Source: Phoronis australis (lineage: Eukaryota; Animalia; Phoronida). Taken from it: 64,000 nucleotides of DNA. How positions within the stretch are numbered: position 1 is the stretch's first letter; each line of letters opens with the position of its first letter. The DNA lies in contig NMRA01000002.1 of the NCBI GenBank assembly GCA_002633005.1, positions 264,044 through 328,043 on the forward strand. The letters run 5' to 3'. Of the stretch, positions 63,440 to 64,000 are shown one piece after another. The position numbers were made by a program, and so were the translations under genes. The notes beneath the pieces were generated by a model that did no database searches, was not told the DNA's origin, and saw nothing but the letters and a program-made list of their open reading frames with translations.

Positions 63440-63671
63440 CAGGGCTTGGAATTTTCTTCTTTTAAGAGAATTTCCTCTATTTTTGGTTTCGATTTCCTCT
63501 TATTTGATTTCTAGTTTCCTCTTCTCATCTCTTTTTATCATTATCTCGACTTTATTCATGCAAAAACGTTTATTTCAGTTAAATTTTACTACAGAAAACC
63601 TACTTATTTGTGAAACGTTACATCACCTGGAAAATTTTTCTCTTTTTTGCCATTGGTCATTCCAAGCCCTG
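63440..63671 (+). mobile_element. hAT-like MITE with 6-bp TSD
   Basis: Perfect TIRs CAGGGCTTGGAAT/ATTCCAAGCCCTG have TSD AATATT on both sides. Confidence 0.88.
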
Positions 63672-64000
63672 AATATTATGGACAAGTGGAATTTCATTAA
63701 GTTAAATTTCTCCGCAATATAACTTTTAAAAATTGTTTTCATGGTTGATACCATACCACTGTCAGTGCACTTTACTGGGCATTTGTAGCCATGCCTTTGA
63801 AAAACAGGAGAAAGGCAATTTGAAGAATTCTTACCATTGGTCAAATGGAAATATCTCTTATTTTTTGTAGATAAACCAGTTTCGACGTATGTGTTTGGTG
63901 CACAAAATGTAATGAATGTAAAACCACGCGCACACTGTTGCGTGTCTCTTTTTTCCTGTAAAATGCTATCACAAAAGGGAGAGTATTAAGTGAAACGGTA

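Noticed and set aside
63860-63900. Next BMP receptor exon (GS domain) at the ttttttgtag acceptor
   Set aside because: The required phase gives an immediate TAA, and I found no GS-box or kinase motifs in 60978-64000.

Overview
This is AT-rich, intron-containing animal genomic DNA, most consistent with a marine invertebrate. It is not prokaryotic: I found no operons, CRISPR array, rRNA or functional tRNA. Three host genes are visible. (1) BLOC1S2 is complete (+, 5 coding exons, 138 aa, 12097-20509), and its exon 1 and promoter occur twice (8966 and 12097) across a single-N contig join. (2) The 5' part of a BMP type I receptor (BMPR1/ALK3-6/thickveins type) has 4 coding exons at 29482-60977 with a 27-kb first intron; the GS and kinase exons lie beyond the window. 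(3) A tentative minus-strand gene, absent from the ORF track, sits head-to-head with BLOC1S2. It has a signal-peptide first exon at 11699-11750 / 8719-8758 and thioredoxin-like exons at 1-1437, and may be decayed. Most other sequence is transposon-derived: an internally deleted Mag-type Gypsy LTR element with LTRs, TSD, PBS and PPT; a long-TIR 9-bp-TSD element whose empty site is also in the window; three hAT-like MITEs with 6-bp TSDs; Tc2-like, Harbinger-like and 2-bp-TSD MITEs; tRNA-headed SINE-like copies; and two minisatellites. I did not find a convincing new multi-gene system. The most notable signals are the structurally divergent bidirectional promoter and the unusual transposon families. 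Coordinates were counted by hand and may be off by a few bases at repeat edges.
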